From: Candidatus Pacearchaeota archaeon
GTDB lineage: Archaea > Nanobdellota > Nanobdellia > Pacearchaeales > GW2011-AR1
DNA: 48,659 nucleotides
Reading direction: 5' to 3'
Assembly (NCBI GenBank): GCA_023142835.1
Contig: JAGLIS010000023.1
Location: forward strand, 1-48,659
Within the stretch, counting starts at the first letter, position 1, and every line of letters begins with the position of its first letter. The notes under the pieces are model-generated. The model worked only from the letters and a program-made list of their open reading frames with translations, searched no databases and was not told where the DNA came from. Below, piece by piece: positions 26,806-35,376 of this stretch. The translations under genes and the position numbers were made by a program.

Positions 26806-28457
26806 CAATACTAACATTAGATAAAAAAGAATTGGAAAAGAAAGTTGGGAAGATTACGAAGGAGTTGGAAGAGAAGATTACTAAGATGGGAACTCCGATT
26901 GAAGAAGTTAGTGATGATGAATTATCTGTTGAGGTTTTTCCGAATAGGCCTGATTTGTTGTCTCTTGGAAATTTTTCTAAGGCTATTAATCAATTTAATG
27001 GTGTTGGTAAGATTGCGAACTTTAAAATTAATAAGCCAGAGAAAGATTATGTTGTGACTATCGATAGTTCTGTGAAGGCTGTTAGACCGTATACTGTTTG
27101 TGCAATTGCTAAGGGGTTGAAGTTTACTGAAGAGAAGATTAAGGAAATAATTGATGTTCAAGAGAAGTTGCATAATTCGATTGGGCGAAAGAGGAAAAAG
27201 TTAGCGATTGGAATTTATCCTCTAGATAAGATTGCGTTGCCTATTAGGTTTGTAGCGAGGAAGCCTGGAGATATAAAGTTTTTACCTTTGGAGGCTAGTC
27301 AGGAAATGACTGGGACGCAGATTCTTCGAGGACATCCTACGGGGAGGGAGTATGCACATTTGCTCGAGGGTGCAGAAGTTTTTCCTATTTTTATTGATGC
27401 TAGTGATAAGATTTTGAGTATGCCTCCGATTATTAATTCTCATGAGACTGGGAGGATTGATGAGAAGACGCATGAAGTTTTTATTGAATGTTCGGGACAT
27501 AATTTGGCTTATTTAAAAAAGTGTATGAATATTATTATTGCAACAATTTCTGAGATGGGTGGGAAGATTTACGAGATGAATATTAAGGATTCGAAGGAGG
27601 GGAATTTTGTTTCACCTAATATGTCTTGTGAGGAATTGGAATTTAAAATTTTAGATATTGAAAAGACGCTTGGGATAAAGTTGAGTGAGAAGGAAGTAAA
27701 AAATTATTTGGGTCGGATGGGTATTGGTTGTGAGAATAGGAAGGGGAAATCGGTTGCATTAATTCCTGCTTATCGAACAGATATTTTGCATTGGATTGAT
27801 TTGACTGAGGAGATTGCGATTGCTCATGGTTATGAAAATTTTGAACCGGAGATTCCTAATATTTCAACGATTGCGTTTGAAGATCCTGTTGGGAAGACGA
27901 AGAGGGTCATAGGTAATATTCTTGCAGGGTTGGGATTTTTGGAGACGTCTTCGTTTCATTTGACGACGAAGAAAGATATTAAGAAGATGCATTTTGATTA
28001 TAATGATTTTATTGAGGTGGAGGATTCGAAGACGGGGAGGGATGTTCTTAGGATGGATGTACTGACGAATCTTTTGAAGATTTTGTCGGAGAATTCAGAT
28101 GCAGGATATCCTCAGAAAATTTTTGAGATGGGGACGGTTTTCTCTAGGAGTGATTTAGAAAATTCTGCAACTGGAGTGGATGAGATTGAGAGATTAGCTA
28201 TTGCGTTTATTGATGAGAAGCCTAACTTTATGGAATTAAAGCAGGCGGTTGATTATTTATTTAAGATGCTTGGGAAGGAGTATACTTTGGAAAATGTTGA
28301 GAATTCAAATTATATTATTGGACGGTGTGGGAAGGTTATTGTTGAGGGGAAAGATGTTGGTTTTATTGGCGAGGTTGCTCCAAGGGTTTTGAAGAATTGG
28401 AAACTTAAAATGCCTGCAACTGCGATAGAAATTGATTGGGGGTTTTTGTTTCAATAA
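26802..28457 (+). CDS. pheT: Phenylalanyl-tRNA synthetase beta subunit (archaeal type)
   Basis: B3/4 and B5 domain pattern (FPNRPDLLS, PPIINSHETG). 551 aa. ATGA overlap with the upstream gene. Confidence 0.95.
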   Translation: MTILTLDKKELEKKVGKITKELEEKITKMGTPIEEVSDDELSVEVFPNRPDLLSLGNFSKAINQFNGVGKIANFKINKPEKDYVVTIDSSVKAVRPYTVCAIAKGLKFTEEKIKEIIDVQEKLHNSIGRKRKKLAIGIYPLDKIALPIRFVARKPGDIKFLPLEASQEMTGTQILRGHPTGREYAHLLEGAEVFPIFIDASDKILSMPPIINSHETGRIDEKTHEVFIECSGHNLAYLKKCMNIIIATISEMGGKIYEMNIKDSKEGNFVSPNMSCEELEFKILDIEKTLGIKLSEKEVKNYLGRMGIGCENRKGKSVALIPAYRTDILHWIDLTEEIAIAHGYENFEPEIPNISTIAFEDPVGKTKRVIGNILAGLGFLETSSFHLTTKKDIKKMHFDYNDFIEVEDSKTGRDVLRMDVLTNLLKILSENSDAGYPQKIFEMGTVFSRSDLENSATGVDEIERLAIAFIDEKPNFMELKQAVDYLFKMLGKEYTLENVENSNYIIGRCGKVIVEGKDVGFIGEVAPRVLKNWKLKMPATAIEIDWGFLFQ

Positions 28458-28487
28458 ACTTATAAACTTCTTAGCTTGATTAAGTAA

Positions 28488-29099
28488 ATGAGGGTGTCGT
28501 ATATTATCTCGGGGATAGTGATTATTTTGATGATTTTGGTTGGAGTTCTTTTTGTTTTTGGAGATGAGGTTTTACGAACAGCAGATAGTATAATGTCTCC
28601 AGAGGATAGCTCCAACCAAGAAAATATTGTGGAAGCTGAGGAGGGTGAAGGAATGGAAGAGACTGGTGGAGCTAAGGGAGTTGAAGGTTCGGATGTTGGA
28701 GAGAATGATTTTGAAGGTTCGGATGTTGGAGAGAATGATTTTGAAGAAGTAGGAGGGTCTAATTGTAAGATGCAGCAAATTCAATATTCTTTGAGGAATT
28801 TTAAGACTGATGTGGCGTGTACGGATACTGATGCTAATGGATGTATTAGGGTTGTTGTAAGTTGTTCTGTAGAGGTTTACAGCTTTGATAAAGAGGTTGA
28901 TATTTTTGGAATGAGATATTCCTTGGTCGATTCCGAAGATAATGAGTTAGATTTTGAGTTGATTGAAAAAGAAGTTGGATTCGAGACACCAGTTGTTTTT
29001 TCGATAGAGTTTATTAGGAGTGATATCTCGGGTGTCGATGAGGATTTGACTTGTCCGTTTACTGTGGAAACAGTTCCTCGAAGAGAAGTTTGTAGTTAG
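28488..29099 (+). CDS. Membrane-anchored acidic hypothetical protein
   Basis: N-terminal TM segment, then a Glu/Gly-rich region containing an internal tandem repeat. Confidence 0.5.
   Translation: MRVSYIISGIVIILMILVGVLFVFGDEVLRTADSIMSPEDSSNQENIVEAEEGEGMEETGGAKGVEGSDVGENDFEGSDVGENDFEEVGGSNCKMQQIQYSLRNFKTDVACTDTDANGCIRVVVSCSVEVYSFDKEVDIFGMRYSLVDSEDNELDFELIEKEVGFETPVVFSIEFIRSDISGVDEDLTCPFTVETVPRREVCS
28681..28746 (+). repeat. Perfect 30-nt tandem duplication (2.2 copies) inside a CDS
   Basis: TTGAAGGTTCGGATGTTGGAGAGAATGATT x2 plus TTGAAG; encodes FEGSDVGEND twice. Confidence 0.95.
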
Positions 29100-29104
29100 A
29101 TGTG

Positions 29105-29584
29105 TTATCCGAAATAGCCTCGTTCTCGTGGACTAATATCTTCTTCGATATTCTCTTCGAATTTTTCGATAATTCTATTAATTATTTCCTTTAAATTTTG
29201 CCATTCATTAAAAGCGATATTGATGAATTCTGCTTCGGATTGTTCAGAATAAATTGTATCTAATTTTATAGCATTAATTTGTAATTTTGAAAGTTTTTGG
29301 TAAACATCTTTAATTTTTCTCTTGGTATCTTCGTCTATTTTTCTTAATGCAGAAAATATGAACATGGGGGTTGTTGTTGGATTGATAAGGGTTTCAAATA
29401 AATGCATGTAGGCGGACAGTTTTTCGTTGATTGTTCTCCTGACTTCTCTAACTAAGAATGTAGGTTCTTTTTCTATTGTTTTTTCTATGTCGAAATCTTC
29501 TAATAGCTTATTAAACTCGGGTAATGCGTATTTCTGTTTTGGTTTGTCGTAAGCTGTTGTGAGGTTAAAATCTTCATCTTCCAT
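29105..29584 (-). CDS. Hypothetical protein (159 aa)
   Basis: Long ORF. No family recognised. Confidence 0.5.
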   Translation of the reverse strand: MEDEDFNLTTAYDKPKQKYALPEFNKLLEDFDIEKTIEKEPTFLVREVRRTINEKLSAYMHLFETLINPTTTPMFIFSALRKIDEDTKRKIKDVYQKLSKLQINAIKLDTIYSEQSEAEFINIAFNEWQNLKEIINRIIEKFEENIEEDISPRERGYFG

Positions 29585-29676
29585 GATTAGTTCATCAAGA
29601 AAGCATTTATAAATTTAAGGGATGGGGGATTATAATACCCTACCTAATCTATCTTGAATTGGGCGGGGCATGCTAT

Positions 29677-29772
29677 GCCTGATTAGCTCAGTTGATAGAG
29701 CGTCGCATTGGTAAAGACTCTTTGAGAAATCCAAAAATGCGGAGGTCGTGGGTTTGATCCCCATGTCAGGCT
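29677..29772 (+). tRNA. tRNA-Thr (anticodon GGT) with a ~23-nt intron at 37/38 (29714-29736)
   Basis: Acceptor GCCTGAT/GTCAGGC, D arm GCTC-AGTTGATA-GAGC, anticodon stem TCGCA/TGCGG, loop TTGGTA|intron|A. Intron CCAA pairs with TTGG (BHB-like). Confidence 0.75.
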
Positions 29773-29887
29773 TAATTTATACACTAATTGACTTATAATA
29801 TATTGTTGTTAATTTTAAGGTGTGTTTTTTAGTGTGTTGGATAAATTTAAGATTTATTCGTACAATAATTTAATTCGAAATATATAA

Positions 29888-30379
29888 TTATTTAATTAAA
29901 ATATTTATTAAAATTCCTTGTATTATTGAAGCTATGGCTAATACGCAGTAAAGCACGATTATATATTTCAATGAGAAATAAAAAATCAATAGCGGGAAAA
30001 AGGAGATTACAATTGCTTTGCTATATATGTAAGTTGCGACTAGACCAGGGTTTAGCCCATGGTTTTTTAGTTTTGCGAGAAGAGGATACCAAACAAAAAG
30101 GGGACCTACAGATAACACTCCTGCAAGAACCATAAGCAACCATTTTAGAATTCCTTTTTTTGTTGAAAACTTTGTTACTCTTTCTGGAGTTATAAAATAA
30201 TTACTAATTGTAATTAATATAAAAACTAATACGAATGCTGGAATTATTTTTAGTAACAAATCTAGAAATGTACTTGAGGCAGAAAAAAATAATTTTTGAT
30301 TGAAAACTAGCAAAGAAAGGTAGAGTGCAAACACGACTAGAAGAAAATAGCGTTGATTGGATTTATTTTTATTTTTCAT
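29888..30379 (-). CDS. Polytopic membrane protein (putative permease half)
   Basis: 4-5 hydrophobic segments. ATGA overlap with the upstream partner. Confidence 0.5.
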   Translation of the reverse strand: MKNKNKSNQRYFLLVVFALYLSLLVFNQKLFFSASSTFLDLLLKIIPAFVLVFILITISNYFITPERVTKFSTKKGILKWLLMVLAGVLSVGPLFVWYPLLAKLKNHGLNPGLVATYIYSKAIVISFFPLLIFYFSLKYIIVLYCVLAIASIIQGILINILIK

Positions 30380-30804
30380 ATTAGATTAAGTATGGTGATT
30401 GTTATTATCGCGACTATAATTGAAAATACGAACGAGAGAATATTCCTTATTATCGCAAATTTTTTCCCAAAAAAGTGAGTTTCTAATGGCAAGGTTAAAA
30501 CTCCTACACTAATAAATGAAACCATAAAAGCAGTTATAGCAACTAGGCTTACTCCCTCAGAAAGCATTTCTCCCCCTAAAATATAACTTATTGCAGGTCC
30601 TCCTATAGAGATGCTTCCCGCAATACTGCCAATCAGAGGGTCTAAAAGAATATTATCTTTGAAAATATTTGCATAAAATTCCTTAGACAAAAATTGAGTT
30701 AGGATACTAATAAGCATAATCATTCCTATAAGAATTGGAAAAATTCTTGCTATACTTTTTGCAGAACTTGAGGCATGTTGTTTTAGCGTTTTCTTTTTTA
30801 TCAC
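30376..30804 (-). CDS. Polytopic membrane protein (putative permease half)
   Basis: Hydrophobic throughout. Forms a pair with 29888-30379. Confidence 0.5.
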   Translation of the reverse strand: MIKKKTLKQHASSSAKSIARIFPILIGMIMLISILTQFLSKEFYANIFKDNILLDPLIGSIAGSISIGGPAISYILGGEMLSEGVSLVAITAFMVSFISVGVLTLPLETHFFGKKFAIIRNILSFVFSIIVAIITITILNLI

Positions 30805-30985
30805 TTTTCTCTAGACAAGATGAACTATATAAATTTTCTGACAAATTTCTTTTTAATGATTTTCCCAAAAATATTATATTCCCAAACTCAAAAATCGCCA
30901 ATCACTCTTGCTAAATTAAAAATTATTTTTTATATTAACTAAATTAAAATTAGTTATAAAAATTACCAGAAACCATTATAAGAAA

Positions 30986-31003
30986 ATCCCTGTGTCAGGC
31001 TTA
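30986..31003 (+). repeat. Copy of the tRNA-Thr 3' end
   Basis: ATCCCTGTGTCAGGCTTA versus 29757-29774 ATCCCCATGTCAGGCTTA (16/18). Confidence 0.6.
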
Positions 31004-31321
31004 TCTTTTTAATTTGTCTTCGTAAGAATTATTAACCTTAATAGCGTTACCTACTAAATTTGTGGTTTCGGTTCCTATGTCCCATAGCTTACTCGTCGTT
31101 TCTCCAATCCATCCGAAGTAGAGGTATGTTGCTTGAACTATGCCTTGTGGAGAGGTTAAATCTACTTGATCTGATGAAAGTATTCCTACCATAGAAAGAT
31201 AAAACAAGAGACCGATTAAAACAATAATGATGCTTTTAATTAGTTGAATGTGGTGATCCATTTTAAAAATTAAGAATCCTAACAAAACTAAGATTCCAAT
31301 TATAATCCATTGAAGGGCCAT
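31001..31321 (-). CDS. Small membrane protein (106 aa)
   Basis: Two or three TM segments. Confidence 0.5.
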   Translation of the reverse strand: MALQWIIIGILVLLGFLIFKMDHHIQLIKSIIIVLIGLLFYLSMVGILSSDQVDLTSPQGIVQATYLYFGWIGETTSKLWDIGTETTNLVGNAIKVNNSYEDKLKR

Positions 31322-31363
31322 GTTTTGTTAAAGAATCTTTATTATAAAAATGTTTTTATATGG

Positions 31364-32041
31364 ATGAAACTTGGAATTGTTATGGGGAGATATAAGATTT
31401 ATTTATTTAGGCATGGACAGACGACGTTTAATCGGGATGGAAGGTTTACTGGGCAGATGGAGGCGAGGCTGACTGTTGAGGGAAGGAGACATGCGGAGAC
31501 TATTGCGAGGAAGCTTAAGGGTGAGAAATTTCAGGTGGCGATTCATACTAGATTGTCTAGGTCGAAGGATACTTTGAAGCCTGTTTTAAAATTCCATCCG
31601 GAATGTAAATTTATTCTTGAAGATGATAGGATGATTGAGAGGAGTTATGGAGAGTTGCAAGGAACAACGCATGAGCAGTTTATTGATAGAATTGGGGAGC
31701 AAAGTTATGACTTGAGAGTTCATGGAGATGCGATTGAAAATCTTGAGCCAAATTTAAGGGAGGGGGTTGAGGAGTTTTTAGGAGAAGAAGAATATAAGGC
31801 AATTCACAGAGGGTATAATGTTGCGACACCTGGCGGGGAATCATTTAAGGATGTTGAGATGAGGGTGAAAGATTTTATTAAGGATTTAAAAAGGTTTATG
31901 AGAAAGAATAAGGTTAATGTTGCGATTTCGGCGCACGGGAATTCGATTAGATTATTTCGGAAGATTATGGAACGAGCACCTAAGAAGAATGTTGTAGGAT
32001 GGTTTATTCCTTATGATAAAGTATTTGAGTATAGAGTTTGA
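31364..32041 (+). CDS. Histidine phosphatase (phosphoglycerate mutase family)
   Basis: IYLFRHGQTTFN (RHG motif) and SAHGNSIR. The start could also be ATG 31382. Confidence 0.8.
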   Translation: MKLGIVMGRYKIYLFRHGQTTFNRDGRFTGQMEARLTVEGRRHAETIARKLKGEKFQVAIHTRLSRSKDTLKPVLKFHPECKFILEDDRMIERSYGELQGTTHEQFIDRIGEQSYDLRVHGDAIENLEPNLREGVEEFLGEEEYKAIHRGYNVATPGGESFKDVEMRVKDFIKDLKRFMRKNKVNVAISAHGNSIRLFRKIMERAPKKNVVGWFIPYDKVFEYRV

Positions 32042-32043
32042 TA

Positions 32044-32059
32044 GGTAGATTTAAAAGTT
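32044..32059 (+). promoter_or_regulatory. GGTAGATTTAAAAGTT motif, copy 2
   Basis: Identical 16-mer to 12681-12696, 3 nt after a TGA stop. Confidence 0.3.
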
Positions 32060-32197
32060 TTGGAAGTTATACAAATTTAAGGGGTTTGAAAGGTAGATTA
32101 GAAATCTATCATACAAATTTTGTCATACTGAAAAATTTGAAAGTACCTTCGAAGAAGGTTCATAGCAATATTCAAAAAATATTGAAAGGAGGGTTAA

Positions 32198-33115
32198 ATG
32201 AAAAATATAAGTGTATTGTTTTTAGGATTGTTCTTGTTAGTTGGATCTTTAGGATTTGTAGTTGCTGAGGAAGATGATTCTAATGTAGTTGAGATTCCTG
32301 AAGCTAGGGGAGTAGGTTTTTTTGAGGATGTTTTTGATAGGGTAGGGTTTGCTTTTATCTTTAATCGAGAACGAAAAATTGAGCGAGCTTTGGAGTTAGC
32401 TGAGAAAAGATTGGCTGAGGCTGAAGCATTTGCAGAGGAAGATCCTGAGAAAGCTGAGAAAGCTCAAGAGAGATATGGTGGTTTTGTTGCGGAGGCTGAG
32501 GAAATTTTAGAGAAAATTGAGGCGCAGAAATCAAATGATGAGGCTCGTTCGGTAAAGGATATGGAAGAGATGGCGAGGATTCAGAATAGATTTGAGAAGC
32601 ATAGGGAGCAGACAGAAGAAATTCATATTCGTGCTCTTGAGAGATTTAGAAATAACGATGCTAGTGAAGAAAAGATTGAACGGTTTGAAAATTTTTATGA
32701 AAGGGCTTTGAATCGTAGTGATGATATGGAGCAAAAGGTTCTTCAGAAAAAAAAGAATATTATTGAGCAACATAAGGTTTTATCTGGAAAATCTGATGGA
32801 GAACTTAAAGTGATTTTGGAAGAGATTGAATCTAAGGAAGGATTATTAAAATCTCGAGAGGTTAGGCTTGAAAGAGTTGAACAGAGAACTGAAAGAGTTA
32901 TTGTGGTTCATGAATTTGGGCTTGAGAAAGTTCGAACTCGTTTGGAGAATTCTGATTTATCTGATGAACAAAGAGTAAGGGTACAATCAGAACTTGGAAG
33001 ATTGGATCAGAGGTTAGATACTTTTAAGGAAAAATCTGATGAAAGAATTGAATTTGTGAAAGGGAAATTTGATGAAGTGGAAGTCTTTGATATTGCTAGT
33101 AGTGTTACTAATTAA
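32198..33115 (+). CDS. Secreted coiled-coil protein (DUF5667-like)
   Basis: Signal peptide MKNISVLFLGLFLLVGSLGFVVA, then Glu/Arg-rich helices. Confidence 0.6.
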   Translation: MKNISVLFLGLFLLVGSLGFVVAEEDDSNVVEIPEARGVGFFEDVFDRVGFAFIFNRERKIERALELAEKRLAEAEAFAEEDPEKAEKAQERYGGFVAEAEEILEKIEAQKSNDEARSVKDMEEMARIQNRFEKHREQTEEIHIRALERFRNNDASEEKIERFENFYERALNRSDDMEQKVLQKKKNIIEQHKVLSGKSDGELKVILEEIESKEGLLKSREVRLERVEQRTERVIVVHEFGLEKVRTRLENSDLSDEQRVRVQSELGRLDQRLDTFKEKSDERIEFVKGKFDEVEVFDIASSVTN

Positions 33116-33141
33116 TTTTATAGAACAAATTATTTTTATTT

Positions 33142-33166
33142 AGCCCTTAAGGGCTTTATTTTTATT
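33142..33166 (+). terminator. Hairpin AGCCC-TTAA-GGGCT followed by a T-rich run
   Basis: Perfect 14-nt palindrome 27 nt after the stop at 33115. Confidence 0.45.
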
Positions 33167-33288
33167 GAATTAGTAAGTATGCAAGGTGTAATATTGAGAG
33201 TGTTTGATATTTAGTGAAATACAAAAGCTTTTAATAAAGTGAATCTTCTTATTTGAGAAAGAGAGGTGTTTTTGGAAACAAAAAGAAA

Positions 33289-34194
33289 ATGGTGAAATTT
33301 AATGTGGTTAGTTTTGGGAGTGCTGTCGTCGACGCTTTTGTAGATACTGAGTTTAATGAGAAGAGTAATTCGTTTAGTTATCCTGCTGGTTCTAAAATTC
33401 TCGTCGACGATTTGAAGTTTGATATTGGTGGCGGGGCAACAAATGTGGCGGTTGCTTTTGCTCGTTTGGGATTGGAGACTGGCTGTGTTTGTAAGATTGG
33501 CGACGATAATAATGGGCAGGATGTTTTGAATATGTTAAAGGAGGAAAACGTTAAGTTTCTTGGATCGAAGACGAAAGGTAAAACGGGATATTCGATAATT
33601 CTCGATAGTAAGGATAGGAGTAGAACTATTTTGACTTTTAAGGGTCCTGGAAATGATATAGAATTAAGTGAGGTTCCGAAATTTAAAACTGACTGGCTTT
33701 ATTTTTCTTCGGTGCTTGGGGAGAGTCTTAGGACGCAGGAGAAACTTGCGAGGAAGTTGAAAAAAGAAGGGACGAGGTTGGCGTTTAACCCAGGGGAATA
33801 TTTGATTAAGAGAGAGGATTTGATGTCGATTTTAAAGTTGTGTGATGTTTTGATTTTGAATAAACAAGAAGCTGAAATGCTCTGTAAGAAATATAAGAAG
33901 AAAGGGAATTTGATGGTTTGTCTTCAGGAATTGGGACCAAGGATTATTGTTATAACTGATAAGAATAAATTGATAAGTTGTAGCGACGAGGATAAGAATT
34001 ATTTTTTGAAGCCTAATAAGATTAAGGTTGTTGAGAGAACTGGGGCAGGGGATGCGTTTGCTTCGGGATTTGTTGCGGGAGTTATTGCAGGGAAGACGAT
34101 TCCTGAAAGTTTGAAATTGGGTTTGAGGGAGAGTGAGTCTGTGATTAGATATTTTGGAGCTAAGAATAAATTGTTGAGGATGAAATTAAAATGA
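33289..34194 (+). CDS. PfkB-family sugar/nucleoside kinase
   Basis: FGSAVVD, DIGGGATNVAV, TGAGDAFASGF. The ORF track starts at TTG 33253. Confidence 0.8.
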   Translation: MVKFNVVSFGSAVVDAFVDTEFNEKSNSFSYPAGSKILVDDLKFDIGGGATNVAVAFARLGLETGCVCKIGDDNNGQDVLNMLKEENVKFLGSKTKGKTGYSIILDSKDRSRTILTFKGPGNDIELSEVPKFKTDWLYFSSVLGESLRTQEKLARKLKKEGTRLAFNPGEYLIKREDLMSILKLCDVLILNKQEAEMLCKKYKKKGNLMVCLQELGPRIIVITDKNKLISCSDEDKNYFLKPNKIKVVERTGAGDAFASGFVAGVIAGKTIPESLKLGLRESESVIRYFGAKNKLLRMKLK

Positions 34195-34946
34195 TTAAGT
34201 TGAATAAGATAGTTAGAAAAGGTAAGGCATTGTTTTTAGCCTATGACCAAGGGTTGGAACATGGGCCAACAGATTTTAATGATAAGAATGTTGATCCAGA
34301 GTTTATTATAAAAATTGCTAAGAAAGGAAAGTATACTGGAATTATTTTTCAAAAGGGGATAGCAGAAAAATATAGTCGAGAGATAAAGTTAAGCAAGATT
34401 CCTTTGATAGTTAAGCTCAATGGGAAAACTAATTTGGTTATGGGTGAGCCTGTTTCTAGGCAATTGTGTACTGTCGGTGAGGCAATTAAATTGGGTGCGG
34501 TTGCAGTTGGTTATACGATTTATATTGGGAGTAAGCATGAGGATGAAATGTTGTCGGAGTTTGAAAGTATACAAAGAGAGGCGCATAAGAATGGTTTGCC
34601 AGTTATTTGTTGGATTTACCCTCGAGGAAAAGGAGTTTCTGGTAGAAAGAAAAAAGATTTGATGGCTTATGCTGCACGGGTTGGGCTTGAGATTGGTACA
34701 GATATTATTAAGATTCAATCTAATGGTAAGAAAGAGGATTTAGCTTGGGCTGTTAAAAGTGCTGGAAAAACTCGGGTTGTTATTGCAGGTGGGAAAATGA
34801 AAGATGAAAAGGATTTAATTAAGGAGGTAAGGGAATCGATGAATGTTGGATGTATTGGTTTTGCTATTGGTAGAAATGTTTGGCAGAGTAAGAACCCTTT
34901 GAAAATTTCTAATAAAATAAGGGAGGTTATTTGGAAAAATGATTGA
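34191..34946 (+). CDS. fba: Class I fructose-bisphosphate aldolase, archaeal DhnA type
   Basis: FLAYDQGLEHGP, IIKIQ, GFAIGRNVWQ. Confidence 0.85.
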   Translation: MIKLNKIVRKGKALFLAYDQGLEHGPTDFNDKNVDPEFIIKIAKKGKYTGIIFQKGIAEKYSREIKLSKIPLIVKLNGKTNLVMGEPVSRQLCTVGEAIKLGAVAVGYTIYIGSKHEDEMLSEFESIQREAHKNGLPVICWIYPRGKGVSGRKKKDLMAYAARVGLEIGTDIIKIQSNGKKEDLAWAVKSAGKTRVVIAGGKMKDEKDLIKEVRESMNVGCIGFAIGRNVWQSKNPLKISNKIREVIWKND

Positions 34947-35376
34947 AGTAGATTATAAGAATTTGAAGAGGTTATGTGATAAGAAGATAGTCAGGAAGTA
35001 TGCTGATATGAAGGAGAGGTTCTTGTTGGAAGTTAAGGGGAATCCTTTACTTTATACTGTTTATATTAAGGATTTTGAAACTTTTGAAACTGGCTTAACG
35101 GTTATAGAATCTGGGAAAATTGGAAAGGAGTATTTTATGACTAAAGGACATAGACACAAAAAACCTATAGAAGAAGTTTATATGCTTATCGAGGGGAAAG
35201 GAGAACTTTTGATTAAGGAAAAAAATAAGATTAGAAAAATAAATATGAAGAAAGGTAAGGTTTATTTTATTCCTGGAAAGTCTGGACATAGGCTTATTAA
35301 TACTGGAAAGAATCGTTTAGAAGTTTTTACAATTTATAGCAAAAATGGGGGGTATGATTATGGTTTCGAATTCTAA
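34939..35376 (+). CDS. pgiA: Cupin-type glucose-6-phosphate isomerase
   Basis: TKGHRHKKPIEEVYMLIEGKGELLI, GHRLINTG. Confidence 0.7.
   Translation: MIEVDYKNLKRLCDKKIVRKYADMKERFLLEVKGNPLLYTVYIKDFETFETGLTVIESGKIGKEYFMTKGHRHKKPIEEVYMLIEGKGELLIKEKNKIRKINMKKGKVYFIPGKSGHRLINTGKNRLEVFTIYSKNGGYDYGFEF

Noticed and set aside
24000-26850. Classical integron (IntI plus attC) explanation for the cassette array.
   Set aside because: There is no integrase in the window, no attC-like imperfect palindromes between most cassettes, and the boundaries coincide with coding stop/start overlaps. An unlinked recombinase cannot be excluded.
28681-28746. Possible CRISPR-like direct repeats.
   Set aside because: The two 30-nt copies are contiguous with no spacers, in frame inside a CDS. 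No cas genes are present.
32038-32268. 76-aa ORF bridging the histidine phosphatase and the secreted coiled-coil gene.
   Set aside because: It overlaps the well-supported start and signal peptide at 32198 in another frame, has no motif, and spans the promoter-like spacer.
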